This document shows positions 30,500 through 39,825 of a stretch of DNA of 64,000 nucleotides, piece after piece (within the stretch, counting starts at the first letter, position 1; the number at the start of each line of letters is the position of its first letter). The DNA is from Spirochaetota bacterium. Lineage in GTDB: Bacteria > Spirochaetota > UBA4802 > UBA5550. The notes beneath the pieces are model-generated. The model worked only from the letters and a program-made list of their open reading frames with translations, ran no database searches and was not told the origin of the DNA. The stretch is taken from NCBI GenBank assembly GCA_963664815.2, contig CAXXHB010000003.1, positions 1,568,001-1,632,000 of the forward strand. The letters run 5' to 3'. The translations under genes and the position numbers were made by a program.

Positions 30500-31129
30500 A
30501 TGCTGAAAATAACCCGTTACATTATTCCTCTTTTTATACTTTCATTTTTAATATCCTGCAAAAGCTTTGATAGATCTCTTATCACAAACAAGGCGTATAT
30601 TGACCCAGGTGTTCCCCCGATGCGTGTGGTTGTTAATAAAAGCAGTATAAATTACTGTTTTGTTGAGCATCGAAGGGTTTTAGATTATTCAGATCCATAT
30701 ATAATTTTAGACTGTTCAGATTCAGATAGAAGTGATATCAGCGATGTTATTAAAAATAATTTAACATTTCCCGGAGAACCGGGAGATAATTATTTAAGCG
30801 TGATAGTGAGAAGAGTTGAAGGTGACTACAACGGAGCATGGTTTTGTTTATTCCTTCCGAATTTAGGTCTTGTTTTCCCCTTTGCAACAAAAACATTGTC
30901 GGTGGAACTGGATGCTGCAGTTATGAGTTCTGACGGACATATACTTAAAAGATTTCATTCAACAGGGAATGACTGGGAAAGGGCCGGCGGTATCGGCGGG
31001 TATGACATAGGCGGAAGGGATATCAGGAAAGCAACATATACAAAGGCTATTATTGACGCATGTGAGAACCTGCGGAACCAGCTTAAAAAAGATGCAATTG
31101 ATAATAATCTTATGAAACAGGTGAAATGA
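30500..31129 (+). CDS. hypothetical lipoprotein
   Basis: Start MLKITRY with ggag RBS; lipobox-like LISC; internal hydrophobic hairpin. Confidence 0.7.
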   Translation: MLKITRYIIPLFILSFLISCKSFDRSLITNKAYIDPGVPPMRVVVNKSSINYCFVEHRRVLDYSDPYIILDCSDSDRSDISDVIKNNLTFPGEPGDNYLSVIVRRVEGDYNGAWFCLFLPNLGLVFPFATKTLSVELDAAVMSSDGHILKRFHSTGNDWERAGGIGGYDIGGRDIRKATYTKAIIDACENLRNQLKKDAIDNNLMKQVK

Positions 31130-31130
31130 T

Positions 31131-31541
31131 ATGAAAATCAGAATATTAATTTCATTGATCTTTATTACTTGTGTAAGTGTTTTTATTTCATGCAGTTCTG
31201 TGTCAAGAACTTACACTGGCGGTCATACTTTATCCGGAAATGATGATTCAAAGCAGTTAAAAAACTCCGAAAATCAGCCGGAAACAAATAACATAATAGT
31301 TCAGCCGGGGAAAATAGTCGGTACCATATCCTCTATAAATTACAGGAAGAATGAAGTTGTGGTGCATCAGAATAAAGTAATTGACCTTGGTTCTGTAGTA
31401 TATATAATCATAGACAATAAAGAAATAGTGATGAATGTTACGTTTCCCATGCTGAACTCATTCAAATGTGTAGTAGTTCCAAATCAGGTGCAGTACCTGA
31501 AAAGAATGAAGAATGGAATGACAGTATATATCAAAGAGTGA
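31131..31541 (+). CDS. lipoprotein with 'TFPM' domain
   Basis: Lipobox-like FISC; C-terminal domain similar to those of ORFs 25022 and 31598. Confidence 0.75.
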   Translation: MKIRILISLIFITCVSVFISCSSVSRTYTGGHTLSGNDDSKQLKNSENQPETNNIIVQPGKIVGTISSINYRKNEVVVHQNKVIDLGSVVYIIIDNKEIVMNVTFPMLNSFKCVVVPNQVQYLKRMKNGMTVYIKE

Positions 31542-31597
31542 TATTGGTATGATCCTATAAATATCTATCAGAGTTCAGATTATACAGGAGAAATTTT

Positions 31598-32341
31598 ATG
31601 TGCGGAATAATTAAATTCAGGACAGTCCTTGTAGTATGTCTATTGCTGGCTTTCTGCAGTGCCGGATATACAAAAGAAGGCCCTTATGTCGGTAAAATAG
31701 GCTCTGTAAATAAAGGAACAAAAGAGATAACAGTAAATACTGAAAGTGATAAGGGTCTCAAGCTCGATGATCAGGTATATGTCAGGGTGGATGGTAAACC
31801 TGTAATTATGAGAATAACCTTCCCAATGCTGACTGTGTCAAAATCTAAACTTGAAAAAGGCTATGAAAAATATCTGGAATCAATTGCTGAAGGTATGTCG
31901 GTATATAAGTATAATAAGAAGCTGCTGGCTGAAAAGGATAAGGATTCAGTTGAATCCGGATTAACAGGGAAGAATGTATTTGATCATCATGTCATAACTG
32001 GTGAATGGGAATGTACTTCATCTGATAACAGGTTTGGTATCAATATTATATGGAATTCAACAAAGAATAGATATGAAGGATTTCTCACCACACAATATGG
32101 ATCTCTCGGTAAAAGTTCTGATTATGGTTATTATTCAGGTGAGCTTATCTACATAGCCTATCCAGCAAAAGATAATCCATACATCTTAAAAGAACAGGGG
32201 AAAATAAAAACTAAAGGGTGCTGCTTATTGATGATTCCTCCAGGTGAACAATGGAATGAAGGCATGGTAGATGTACGGGCATGGAAATCAAAAAATGACG
32301 GATTGTTTTATTCATCAAGCCCGTTTGTCAGGAACAGATAA
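31598..32341 (+). CDS. exported protein with N-terminal 'TFPM' domain
   Basis: aggag RBS, signal peptide, shared domain, then an unrelated C-terminal beta domain. Confidence 0.75.
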   Translation: MCGIIKFRTVLVVCLLLAFCSAGYTKEGPYVGKIGSVNKGTKEITVNTESDKGLKLDDQVYVRVDGKPVIMRITFPMLTVSKSKLEKGYEKYLESIAEGMSVYKYNKKLLAEKDKDSVESGLTGKNVFDHHVITGEWECTSSDNRFGINIIWNSTKNRYEGFLTTQYGSLGKSSDYGYYSGELIYIAYPAKDNPYILKEQGKIKTKGCCLLMIPPGEQWNEGMVDVRAWKSKNDGLFYSSSPFVRNR

Positions 32342-32457
32342 TTTCAATCTTCAGGTGCAGCATCTGTGATTCACTTATACAAAACTTTTTAGTTATCGCG
32401 CTTTCATCATATAACAACGAAGTATGTTGCAAAAGTAAAATTAAACGGCAGGTGATA

Positions 32458-33057
32458 ATGAAGGATATAATAACTGTCTTGTTTAATGATTTCGAAACAT
32501 TAGATGCCTTCGGCCCTGTTGAGGTATTTGGCCGGCTTAAAGATTATTTCAATCCTCAGTTCTATTCGACTGCAGGTGGAGCGATTTTAAGCAGTCAAAA
32601 TGTTTCAGTAAATACAAAAAAGATTTCTGAAATTCAATCATCGGAATATATTTTGTTTATACCTGGCGGAGTTGGTACACGTGAACTGGTTAAGGATGAA
32701 TTCTTTATAAACAGCATCAGGAGATTATCAGAAAAAGCAGATTATATATTAACTGTTTGTACCGGTTCTATTCTGTTTTCCAAGACAGGATTACTGGACG
32801 GAAAAAGGGCAACATCAAATAAACGCGCATTTTTCTGGACAAAAAATGAATCCCCTGATGTTTTATGGGTAAAAAAAGCACGATGGATAAAAGATGGTAA
32901 TATCTATACCAGTTCCGGAGTAAGCGCCGGTATAGATATGGCTTTAGGTTTTGTTTCAGATACATTGGGGTATGATATTGCCAGGCAACTGAGCATTGAA
33001 ATTGAATATGACTGGAAAGAAAATTCCGGATGGGATCCTTTTTCGGAATTATACTAA
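32458..33057 (+). CDS. DJ-1/PfpI family protein
   Basis: ETLDAFGP.EVF, IPGG.G, VCTGS (catalytic Cys) and TSSGVSAGIDM motifs. Confidence 0.93.
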   Translation: MKDIITVLFNDFETLDAFGPVEVFGRLKDYFNPQFYSTAGGAILSSQNVSVNTKKISEIQSSEYILFIPGGVGTRELVKDEFFINSIRRLSEKADYILTVCTGSILFSKTGLLDGKRATSNKRAFFWTKNESPDVLWVKKARWIKDGNIYTSSGVSAGIDMALGFVSDTLGYDIARQLSIEIEYDWKENSGWDPFSELY

Positions 33058-33189
33058 AAATATTTTATAGCAGTATACTATGTGCCGCGATATTTGCCGT
33101 CTGAAATGAATCAGAAGAAGGCAATTTCATTATTAACTTGATTTTCCGCACAGTACAGCAATCTTAAAATTTATAAAAGGAGCTTTTTG

Positions 33190-33825
33190 ATGAAAGTTGT
33201 AGCAATAAATGGGAGTCCCAACAAGGAAGGTAATACTTTTTATGCGCTTAAGGTTATAGGGTCAAGGCTTAAAGAAAACGGTATAGATCTGGAAATTATT
33301 CACATAGGCAATAAATCGATACGAGGTTGTATTGCCTGCGGAAAATGCGGTGAAAATAAAAATGAAAAATGTTCAATTACAACTGATCCTGTTAATGAAT
33401 TGATTCAAAGTATTAAAGCTGCTGACGGGCTTATTCTGGCGTCTCCTGTACATTATTCCGGGATTCCGGGTACAATGAAATGTTTTCTGGATCGGGTATT
33501 TTATGTATCTACAAGTAATGGCGGATTGTTCCGGCAAAAAATTGCTGCTGCAATCGTTGCTGTCCGACGTACCGGAGGTTCAGCCACTTTGGACAGTTTG
33601 TATCATTTCCTTGCTTATTCTGAAATGATACTTGCAACATCCAATTACTGGAATGTAATTCACGGAAGAATACCCGGAGAAGTTATTAATGATGAAGAAG
33701 GTGTTCAAATAATGGAGGTTCTCGGTAATAATATGGCCTGGCTACTGAAGATGCGGGAGCAGACTAAAGATACATTTAAGGCTCCGGCTCCGGTTCAAAA
33801 AGTTATAACCAATTTTATACGATAA
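33190..33825 (+). CDS. flavodoxin family / iron-sulfur flavoprotein
   Basis: INGSP..GNT, CIACGKC...C, ASPVHY and RRTGG motifs. Confidence 0.92.
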   Translation: MKVVAINGSPNKEGNTFYALKVIGSRLKENGIDLEIIHIGNKSIRGCIACGKCGENKNEKCSITTDPVNELIQSIKAADGLILASPVHYSGIPGTMKCFLDRVFYVSTSNGGLFRQKIAAAIVAVRRTGGSATLDSLYHFLAYSEMILATSNYWNVIHGRIPGEVINDEEGVQIMEVLGNNMAWLLKMREQTKDTFKAPAPVQKVITNFIR

Positions 33826-33891
33826 TTAAACACAGATTGTTGAGATCAGATTCACGGAGCTTTAACGCAGTTTCCCGGAAAGAAAACCAAT

Positions 33892-34047
33892 AATCATTTT
33901 TTCCTGAGTAATGATTTTATCCTTATGGGGAGAGCTGCAGCAATGGTCAGGGATAAAGGTGATGCTGAAGAAGATAAAGAAGGCATACAGTTTGCAAAAG
34001 CCCCCGGTCGGAGAATGGCGTGGATTATGAAGATAATTCAAAAATAG
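33892..34047 (+). pseudogene. C-terminal remnant of a second iron-sulfur flavoprotein gene
   Basis: Manual translation NHFFLSNDFILMG...KGDAEEDKEGIQFAKAPGRRMAWIMK* parallels the upstream gene's GEVINDEEGVQ...LGNNMAWLLK; no N-terminal part. Confidence 0.6.
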
Positions 34048-34229
34048 TGTAAATAAAAATATGCAGCGGATAAAAATATCGGTAATACAGATCCTAAGTG
34101 CTTTTCAAAGGATAATAATATTTTTGGAATGCAACTTCCGGCAATGTTATAGCGGTAGAGTGTATTAACACTTCTCCGGCCTCTCAAAGTAATAGCTGCA
34201 GGGAATAATCGAAAACCAGTTGAATGGTG

Positions 34230-34458
34230 AACCTCTGAAAGGATAGCCCGGACTGGAAGGGGTAAGATGTTATTCACAGATAATCCCTTTGTCGGTTATA
34301 ATGTGGTCATAGGAGAAAACAAAAATGAACTGGAAATCTGGTTTGACGATTACCTTATAGGTGTACTGGATAAAAACTGACCTGGTTATTTATAAAAATG
34401 ATAGTATAATAGTACAGAACGCATTGTAGAGTATTACCGATGTCATCGGGTTATACCA
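34230..34458 (+). mobile_element. degenerate 3' end of an IS481-like element
   Basis: Frameshifted WKG/KMLFTDNPFVGYNV.I......EIWFDDYLIGVLD* resembles the IS481 transposase C-terminus. It is followed by gtattaccgatgtcatcgggttatacca, resembling an IS481 right end. Confidence 0.5.
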
Positions 34459-35281
34459 TATTATGTTTTATGTAATTGCCGGGTGTAGCCCCTACAATTT
34501 TTCTGAAAAATTTTGAAAAGTGACTCTGATCCGTGAAACCCATATTTAAAGAGACTTCAGCTATAGATCCGCTTTTAAGCAGAAGCTCTTTTGATTTCTC
34601 GATTCTTCTGTGTATCTGATATGAGTGAGGAGAAATCCCGACTTCGCTGCAGAATAGCCTGTTAAGATAAAATGGACTTACCCCTGAGATTTGTGACAGT
34701 TCATCAAGTGAAATCTCGTCAATGAAATTATTGTCAATATGCCCCTTCGCTTTCTGTATAATGCTGTTTCTTTTTTCAGGAACGGGAATCTCTTTTTTGG
34801 AGCTGGAATGGTATCTGATCAGCATCTCTAGGAATGAATATAATCTGCTCTCTCTGTCTAAAAGCATATTTGAGTTCAGCAGAGTATCAATAAGCCTTTT
34901 CATCCGGAGAGTAAGGTCTGTTTTGTCTGTAATGTAATTTTCAAATATAATTTCTTTTCTGTAAATTGAGAGTTTCTTTGCAATATCTGAAATAAGTCTC
35001 TGTTCTATATTGATGACTACATATGAATGAGAAGACATTTCAGGTGAAATGCATCCATGAGGTTCCCCCGGATTAATCACAAAGATATCATCTCTGTCAA
35101 GAAGCATGCTTTTCCCTTTGGCGGAGATGATTCTCTTACCATGTGTGATTATCCCTATACATAAATCGGCATGTATATGTTTCGGGAAATCATTTACTAT
35201 GTTGATTCCGGATACAACCCTTATAAAAGGAATATCCCGAATCTTTGTTACAGTAAGAATATTTTCCTGTTTTCTTCTCAT
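34451..35281 (-). CDS. AraC family transcriptional regulator
   Basis: FPKHIH and INPGEPH ligand domain; ISLDELS...SPFYL.RLF and GFTDQSHFSKFF...G.TP. Confidence 0.95.
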   Translation of the reverse strand: MRRKQENILTVTKIRDIPFIRVVSGINIVNDFPKHIHADLCIGIITHGKRIISAKGKSMLLDRDDIFVINPGEPHGCISPEMSSHSYVVINIEQRLISDIAKKLSIYRKEIIFENYITDKTDLTLRMKRLIDTLLNSNMLLDRESRLYSFLEMLIRYHSSSKKEIPVPEKRNSIIQKAKGHIDNNFIDEISLDELSQISGVSPFYLNRLFCSEVGISPHSYQIHRRIEKSKELLLKSGSIAEVSLNMGFTDQSHFSKFFRKIVGATPGNYIKHNMV

Positions 35282-35282
35282 C

Positions 35283-35666
35283 TCATATCAATGGCGGTGA
35301 AAATTTTGCAAAAAACTGAAGCCCGTCATTGCCTGCTTTTATAGAATGTTTAATGTCATCAGGGATATATGATACAACTCCCGGTGAGTAGTCAAATATT
35401 TCTTCTTCTATTGTAAAACTGCCGCTGCCACTTATTACTTCGTGAAGTTCCATTTTCCCTTCATGGATGTGACTACCGAGCTCACATAAAGGTTCAATTT
35501 TTACCAGATGGCAGCTCATCCTGTTCCCTGTCTCCATCCCTTTTATAATATGTTTTAAGAAAACACCTTTAAATGACGGGTGCTGGTTCCATTCAATACT
35601 CCCAAGATCATAAACTTTCCCCATGTAAATCATTCTTCCTTCATCAAAAAAATTTCTGTTATCCAT
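35283..35666 (-). CDS. cupin domain protein
   Basis: HIHEG.MELH.V.SG and IP..IKH motifs; start MDNRN after ggaggt. Confidence 0.88.
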   Translation of the reverse strand: MDNRNFFDEGRMIYMGKVYDLGSIEWNQHPSFKGVFLKHIIKGMETGNRMSCHLVKIEPLCELGSHIHEGKMELHEVISGSGSFTIEEEIFDYSPGVVSYIPDDIKHSIKAGNDGLQFFAKFSPPLI

Positions 35667-35914
35667 AGTAGACCTCCTCAAAATGATTTAAGATGTTTAC
35701 CATAATATTTTTATATGTTATTGTATAATCTTGCTATTTTAAAAAATTTTTTAACGAAAACTGAGTTTAAGCACAGAAAGTATATTCCAACTCTTTGCAG
35801 TCAATGACACATACTGAGGGTTATCTGAAGCTGAAAAAAGATACACAATGGTCAATAATTCTTCATTGAGCTGTTTTAAATTAAATATTTTGAGGGGAAC
35901 TGTTTACTGATCTG

Positions 35915-36043
35915 TTATTTAACTGGTATCTTTACAGGAACAGCTCTGCTGAATAAAATCTTCGGTTCACTTGCAATTTCAAACCCTAGCCCCTTCATGA
36001 TTTCTATCTGATTCCGGAAGCCATCTTCTTTAGTTACCTGAAA
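35915..36043 (-). pseudogene. possible C-terminal remnant of a class I SAM methyltransferase
   Basis: FQVTKEDGFRNQIEIMKGLGFEIASEPKILFSRAV, preceded by an in-frame stop; resemblance recalled from memory only. Confidence 0.3.
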
Positions 36044-36201
36044 TCAGGCTATTGTATTATTTTCTCTATCAGCTGATGTCTGACAGTTATACTCCTGATA
36101 AATTCGGCAGCTGTCTTTTATAAGCCCTGTGTTAAACTCTTTCAGATCAATGCCTGCCGGTATTATGAAGATTATTCAGTAATAATAGAGGTATGTTGTA
36201 A

Positions 36202-36229
36202 TCTCTTTAATCCTGTAATCGTGTTCAGA
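36202..36229 (+). repeat. dispersed 28-bp repeat, copy 2
   Basis: tctctttaatcctgtaatcgtgttcaga; matches 27548-27575. Confidence 0.75.
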
Positions 36230-36327
36230 ATTTTATATAACAGGCTTAAGTATGTACCTGATTTTTTTTGCAGTGATCCTGCTGGTGTAAAAGATATAAG
36301 TAGTTATCGGAATTAATTTATATCATA

Positions 36328-36434
36328 ATTTATACATGTGTTTAATACATCTGTATAAATAATTAAAATTTAAAGCGCTGATTAGGTTTTTTTATTGCAA
36401 TTTTATACATCTGTTTAATACGGTTGTATAAAAT
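36328..36434. promoter_or_regulatory. two palindromic operators (TTTATACA-N15-TGTATAAA)
   Basis: atttatacatgtgtttaatacatctgtataaat (36328-36360) and attttatacatctgtttaatacggttgtataaaat (36400-36434), upstream of the hydrolase-TetR pair. Confidence 0.75.
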
Positions 36435-36490
36435 AGTTGTGTGATATACACGGCAGCAGTATTACAAAACATCTGAATCAGGAGATTTAT

Positions 36491-37423
36491 ATGCCAAAAA
36501 AACATCAAACCTCAGGAGCCGCTGCAAAGAAAAACAAGTTCCCCCCTTTTCATCCATTCAGATCAGGTGAAGCTAAAGAGAAATTTCTGAAATTCTATGA
36601 TGAACTTGCAAAAAAATGGCCGGTTTCGTCTGAAACACTGATGCTTGATACACCTTTCGGCAATACATTTGTACGGATAAGCGGACCTGTTGACGCCCCG
36701 CCGCTGGTTCTGCTGCATGCAGGGGGAAACAATTCACTTTCATGGATACCACAGGTGAAGGTGTTTTCCGGAAATTTCAGGATATATGCGATTGATGATC
36801 TGTATGGTCATGGACTGACAGCAAATGTCAGATCTATAAATGGGCCTGAAGAATATACGGACTGGCTTACCGGAATATTTGATACTCTTAATCTGACAAG
36901 CGGTATAAACCTGATAGGTATGTCATGGGGAGGCGGGCTTACATGCCATTATGTGCTGCGGTATCCGGAGAGACTCGGTAAAATTATAATGCTGGCTCCT
37001 GCAGCAGGAATATACCCGGTAAGTCATTTATTCATGATGCGGGCTTTAATAAGCCTGCTGGCAGGGGAATATTTTTATAAAAAACTGCTGCAATGGCTTT
37101 TTAAGGATTATTTGAAAAAAGACAGAGCAGAAGCTGAAAAAGAAATAGAAATACTACAGTCAGGAGACAGACTTTTTAAGCCTCAGCGTTTGCCGAATCT
37201 TCCCCTGTTAACAGACAGAGAACTGGCGAATATTGCTGTACCTGCACTTTATATAGTCGGTGAAAACGAAAAAATATATTCTCACCGGAAAGCTCTGCTG
37301 CGTCTTCATACCATTGCGCCGCAGATAAAGACAGAATTAATTCCCGGAGCAGGGCACGATCTTACGGCGGCACAGCCAGAATTGATAAACAAAAAAATTA
37401 TGGATTTTTTAATGAAGTCATAA
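36491..37423 (+). CDS. alpha/beta fold hydrolase
   Basis: PPLVLLH, GMSWGG nucleophile elbow and GAGHD; ATG at 36491 after aggag. Confidence 0.92.
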   Translation: MPKKHQTSGAAAKKNKFPPFHPFRSGEAKEKFLKFYDELAKKWPVSSETLMLDTPFGNTFVRISGPVDAPPLVLLHAGGNNSLSWIPQVKVFSGNFRIYAIDDLYGHGLTANVRSINGPEEYTDWLTGIFDTLNLTSGINLIGMSWGGGLTCHYVLRYPERLGKIIMLAPAAGIYPVSHLFMMRALISLLAGEYFYKKLLQWLFKDYLKKDRAEAEKEIEILQSGDRLFKPQRLPNLPLLTDRELANIAVPALYIVGENEKIYSHRKALLRLHTIAPQIKTELIPGAGHDLTAAQPELINKKIMDFLMKS

Positions 37424-37544
37424 TAAAGCTCCAGGTATAAATTTATGCTGTATTTATAACGCAGTATTGAACATGATGCATGGTTTAAAGGATATCTGAA
37501 CAGGTGAAGAAACAGTACATGCAGCAGATAATAAAGGATAAAAA

Positions 37545-38201
37545 ATGGAAAAAAAAACCGGACAGGATAATACAACACGCGAAAAGCTCTTCAGAGCAGC
37601 CCTGATGCTGTTCGCCGAGAAGGGATACCGCGGCACAACCGTCAGGGACATATGCAAACTTGCAGGCGCTGCAAATGTCAACAGCATAAACTACTATTTT
37701 GGCGATAAGGAGAAACTTTACCGCTATATTCTTGAGTATATGTATTCCGAATTTTCCAGACGCAAATCAGAATATCCGGACGATATCCCACCCGAACAGC
37801 ATCTGAGGGATTTCATCAGGGCATACTGTGAAATGCAGTATGCTGACACCGAATACACAAAGGCATTTATGGCGATAGCCAGAGCGGAGCTGACACACCC
37901 CTCACCATGGATGAAACCGCTTGTAAAGAAGTATGTAAAACAGCAGGCGCTCGATTTTCTCGTTGTCATGCGCAAACTCCTTGGACCTGAGGTGCCGGAA
38001 GATGTTGTGCGCGACTGCAACCTGAGCGTGGGGGGGCAGATAGCATACCATGCCCTTGCATGGCCGCTGGTATCCACAGTGTTCCCGGATCACCCAAGGA
38101 TGGACAGGTATCACAGGGTAATCGCAGATCACATCTATGAATTTTCCCTGGCAGGGATAAAGGCCATAAGAAAAAAATATGAATCCGGAAAAAATAAGTA
38201 A
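37545..38201 (+). CDS. TetR family regulator, CecR/YbiH-like
   Basis: LFAEKGYRGTTVRDIC..AG.ANVNSINYYFGDKEKLY and C-terminal IADHIYEFSLAGI. Confidence 0.9.
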   Translation: MEKKTGQDNTTREKLFRAALMLFAEKGYRGTTVRDICKLAGAANVNSINYYFGDKEKLYRYILEYMYSEFSRRKSEYPDDIPPEQHLRDFIRAYCEMQYADTEYTKAFMAIARAELTHPSPWMKPLVKKYVKQQALDFLVVMRKLLGPEVPEDVVRDCNLSVGGQIAYHALAWPLVSTVFPDHPRMDRYHRVIADHIYEFSLAGIKAIRKKYESGKNK

Positions 38202-38249
38202 ACCGCTGATGTCATCTATAAAAAAAGAAGAATCATGAGGTGCCGTAAT

Positions 38250-38852
38250 ATGGATATTAAAGATAAACTCTTAACAATAATACCTGAACTCGAATCTCAC
38301 TGGGATGAAATTAAAAATATTTTTATGGTGCAGAAAATTCCGGCAAAGACTGCACTTCTTGAAAGTGGAGATATATCGAAATATCAGTACATAGTATTAA
38401 AGGGGTGCCTCAGGCTTTTTATTATAAAAGAGGATGGCAGTGAAGTCACGGTTCAGTTCTTTTTTGAGAACCAGATGGTCGCATCAATGGAGAGTGCTTT
38501 CACCGGAAAACCGGGAAGAATGTACCTCGAAAGTATTGAAGATAGTGAGGTTATTATTGCAGAACTTAAGGATTGGAAAGAACAGTTTATGCGCTATCCG
38601 GAGTATGATAAGGTGATGATACGGTTTTTACAGAAACGTCTTCTTTACTATGCTGATCTATATACCTCTTTTATCCTTAAAACACCGGAGCAGAGATATG
38701 AAAAACTTATAAATGAAAATCCCGAGATAATTGAAAGAGTTCCTCACTATTACATAGCGTCTTATCTCGGCATCACCCCGGTTTCACTCAGCAGAATAAG
38801 ATCGCGTCTTTTAAAAAAGGCCGATCCGTTAACATATGTTAATGACAAATAA
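38250..38852 (+). CDS. Crp/Fnr family transcriptional regulator
   Basis: cNMP-binding-like domain (KGCLR, QFFFE) plus PEQRY..L and IASYLGITPVSLSRIR. Confidence 0.92.
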   Translation: MDIKDKLLTIIPELESHWDEIKNIFMVQKIPAKTALLESGDISKYQYIVLKGCLRLFIIKEDGSEVTVQFFFENQMVASMESAFTGKPGRMYLESIEDSEVIIAELKDWKEQFMRYPEYDKVMIRFLQKRLLYYADLYTSFILKTPEQRYEKLINENPEIIERVPHYYIASYLGITPVSLSRIRSRLLKKADPLTYVNDK

Positions 38853-38896
38853 ATTCCGTCATGCTAACGTTTGGAGAAACTAAAAAAGAGGAATTT

Positions 38897-39187
38897 ATGA
38901 TGCAAAAACAAAACAGAACCTCAGTTAATCCGAACATCCGCCGGTTGGAGAAAAAAAGACCCGGACGGGAGACTGATTACATTCAGCTTAACACTTCAAA
39001 ATGCACCGCATGTTTTAAATGCATTGAAGCCTGTTCAAAGAATGTAATCGGTAAAATAAATATTTTAATACATAAACACGCAATAATCAGGAATGGAGAA
39101 GAGTGCGTCGGTTGCGGCAAATGCTTGAAGGTATGTAATGCGGGGGCTATTAGCCATATGATACAAAAAAAAGGTGTTAATATATGA
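38897..39187 (+). CDS. 4Fe-4S dicluster ferredoxin
   Basis: CTACFKCIEAC and CVGCGKCLKVC. Confidence 0.9.
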   Translation: MMQKQNRTSVNPNIRRLEKKRPGRETDYIQLNTSKCTACFKCIEACSKNVIGKINILIHKHAIIRNGEECVGCGKCLKVCNAGAISHMIQKKGVNI

Positions 39188-39471
39188 GTAAAACATTAGA
39201 AAATAATAAGACTAAAAATACAGGCAGAAGATCAGTTTCGCTCATTATGCTTTTTGCCTTTATTGCTCTGATACCATCGGGTATACTGATGCATCTGAAT
39301 GATGCTGCAGGTTCGCATGAAGATAAATTTATACCAATGGCAGTACACAACTTAAGTGCCATAGTATTTGTTGTTTCCGGATTATTTCATATAAAGTTTA
39401 ATTTTAAACTCATAAAAAAATATATTTCGGAAACCTGGTATGAAACATCAGGCAAAAAAACAGAAAATTAA
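39184..39471 (+). CDS. DUF4405-like membrane protein
   Basis: Two TM segments with conserved His (SG..MH, VH......H...N); overlaps the ferredoxin stop (ATGA). Confidence 0.7.
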   Translation: MSKTLENNKTKNTGRRSVSLIMLFAFIALIPSGILMHLNDAAGSHEDKFIPMAVHNLSAIVFVVSGLFHIKFNFKLIKKYISETWYETSGKKTEN

Positions 39472-39491
39472 TTATTTCACATGGGGTGTTT

Positions 39492-39800
39492 ATGCCGGTT
39501 TTAGATGCTAATGAAATTACAATCAGTAATTATCTCCCCGGAATTTCGGGGAGATTCTTCAAGTCAGAAAATAATTCGTTTTCATTCACTCATTTTGAAA
39601 AAAAGGCTGTTTCACCGATACATAAGCATTCGTTTGAGCAGGTAATTATAATTCTTAAAGGGGAGATGGAATTTCTGCTTGAAGATAAAAAACACACAAT
39701 GAAAAAAGGTGGGGTAATGATAGTTCCATCCAACATCTGCCATCAATGTACTGCATTGACAGATTGCCTGCTTATTGAAATTTTTCAACATTATGAATAG
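39492..39800 (+). CDS. cupin domain protein
   Basis: PIHKHSFEQ....KG and VPSNICH motifs. Confidence 0.85.
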   Translation: MPVLDANEITISNYLPGISGRFFKSENNSFSFTHFEKKAVSPIHKHSFEQVIIILKGEMEFLLEDKKHTMKKGGVMIVPSNICHQCTALTDCLLIEIFQHYE

Positions 39801-39825
39801 ATATATACTAAAAAAATTTTTTAAA

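Noticed and set aside
29451-32440. attC-like half sites (cactacacataac at 29451, catcatataac near 32406) among co-oriented accessory genes
   Set aside because: No complementary GTTRRRY arms or folded attC structure could be established, and there is no integrase in the window; IntegronFinder would be decisive.
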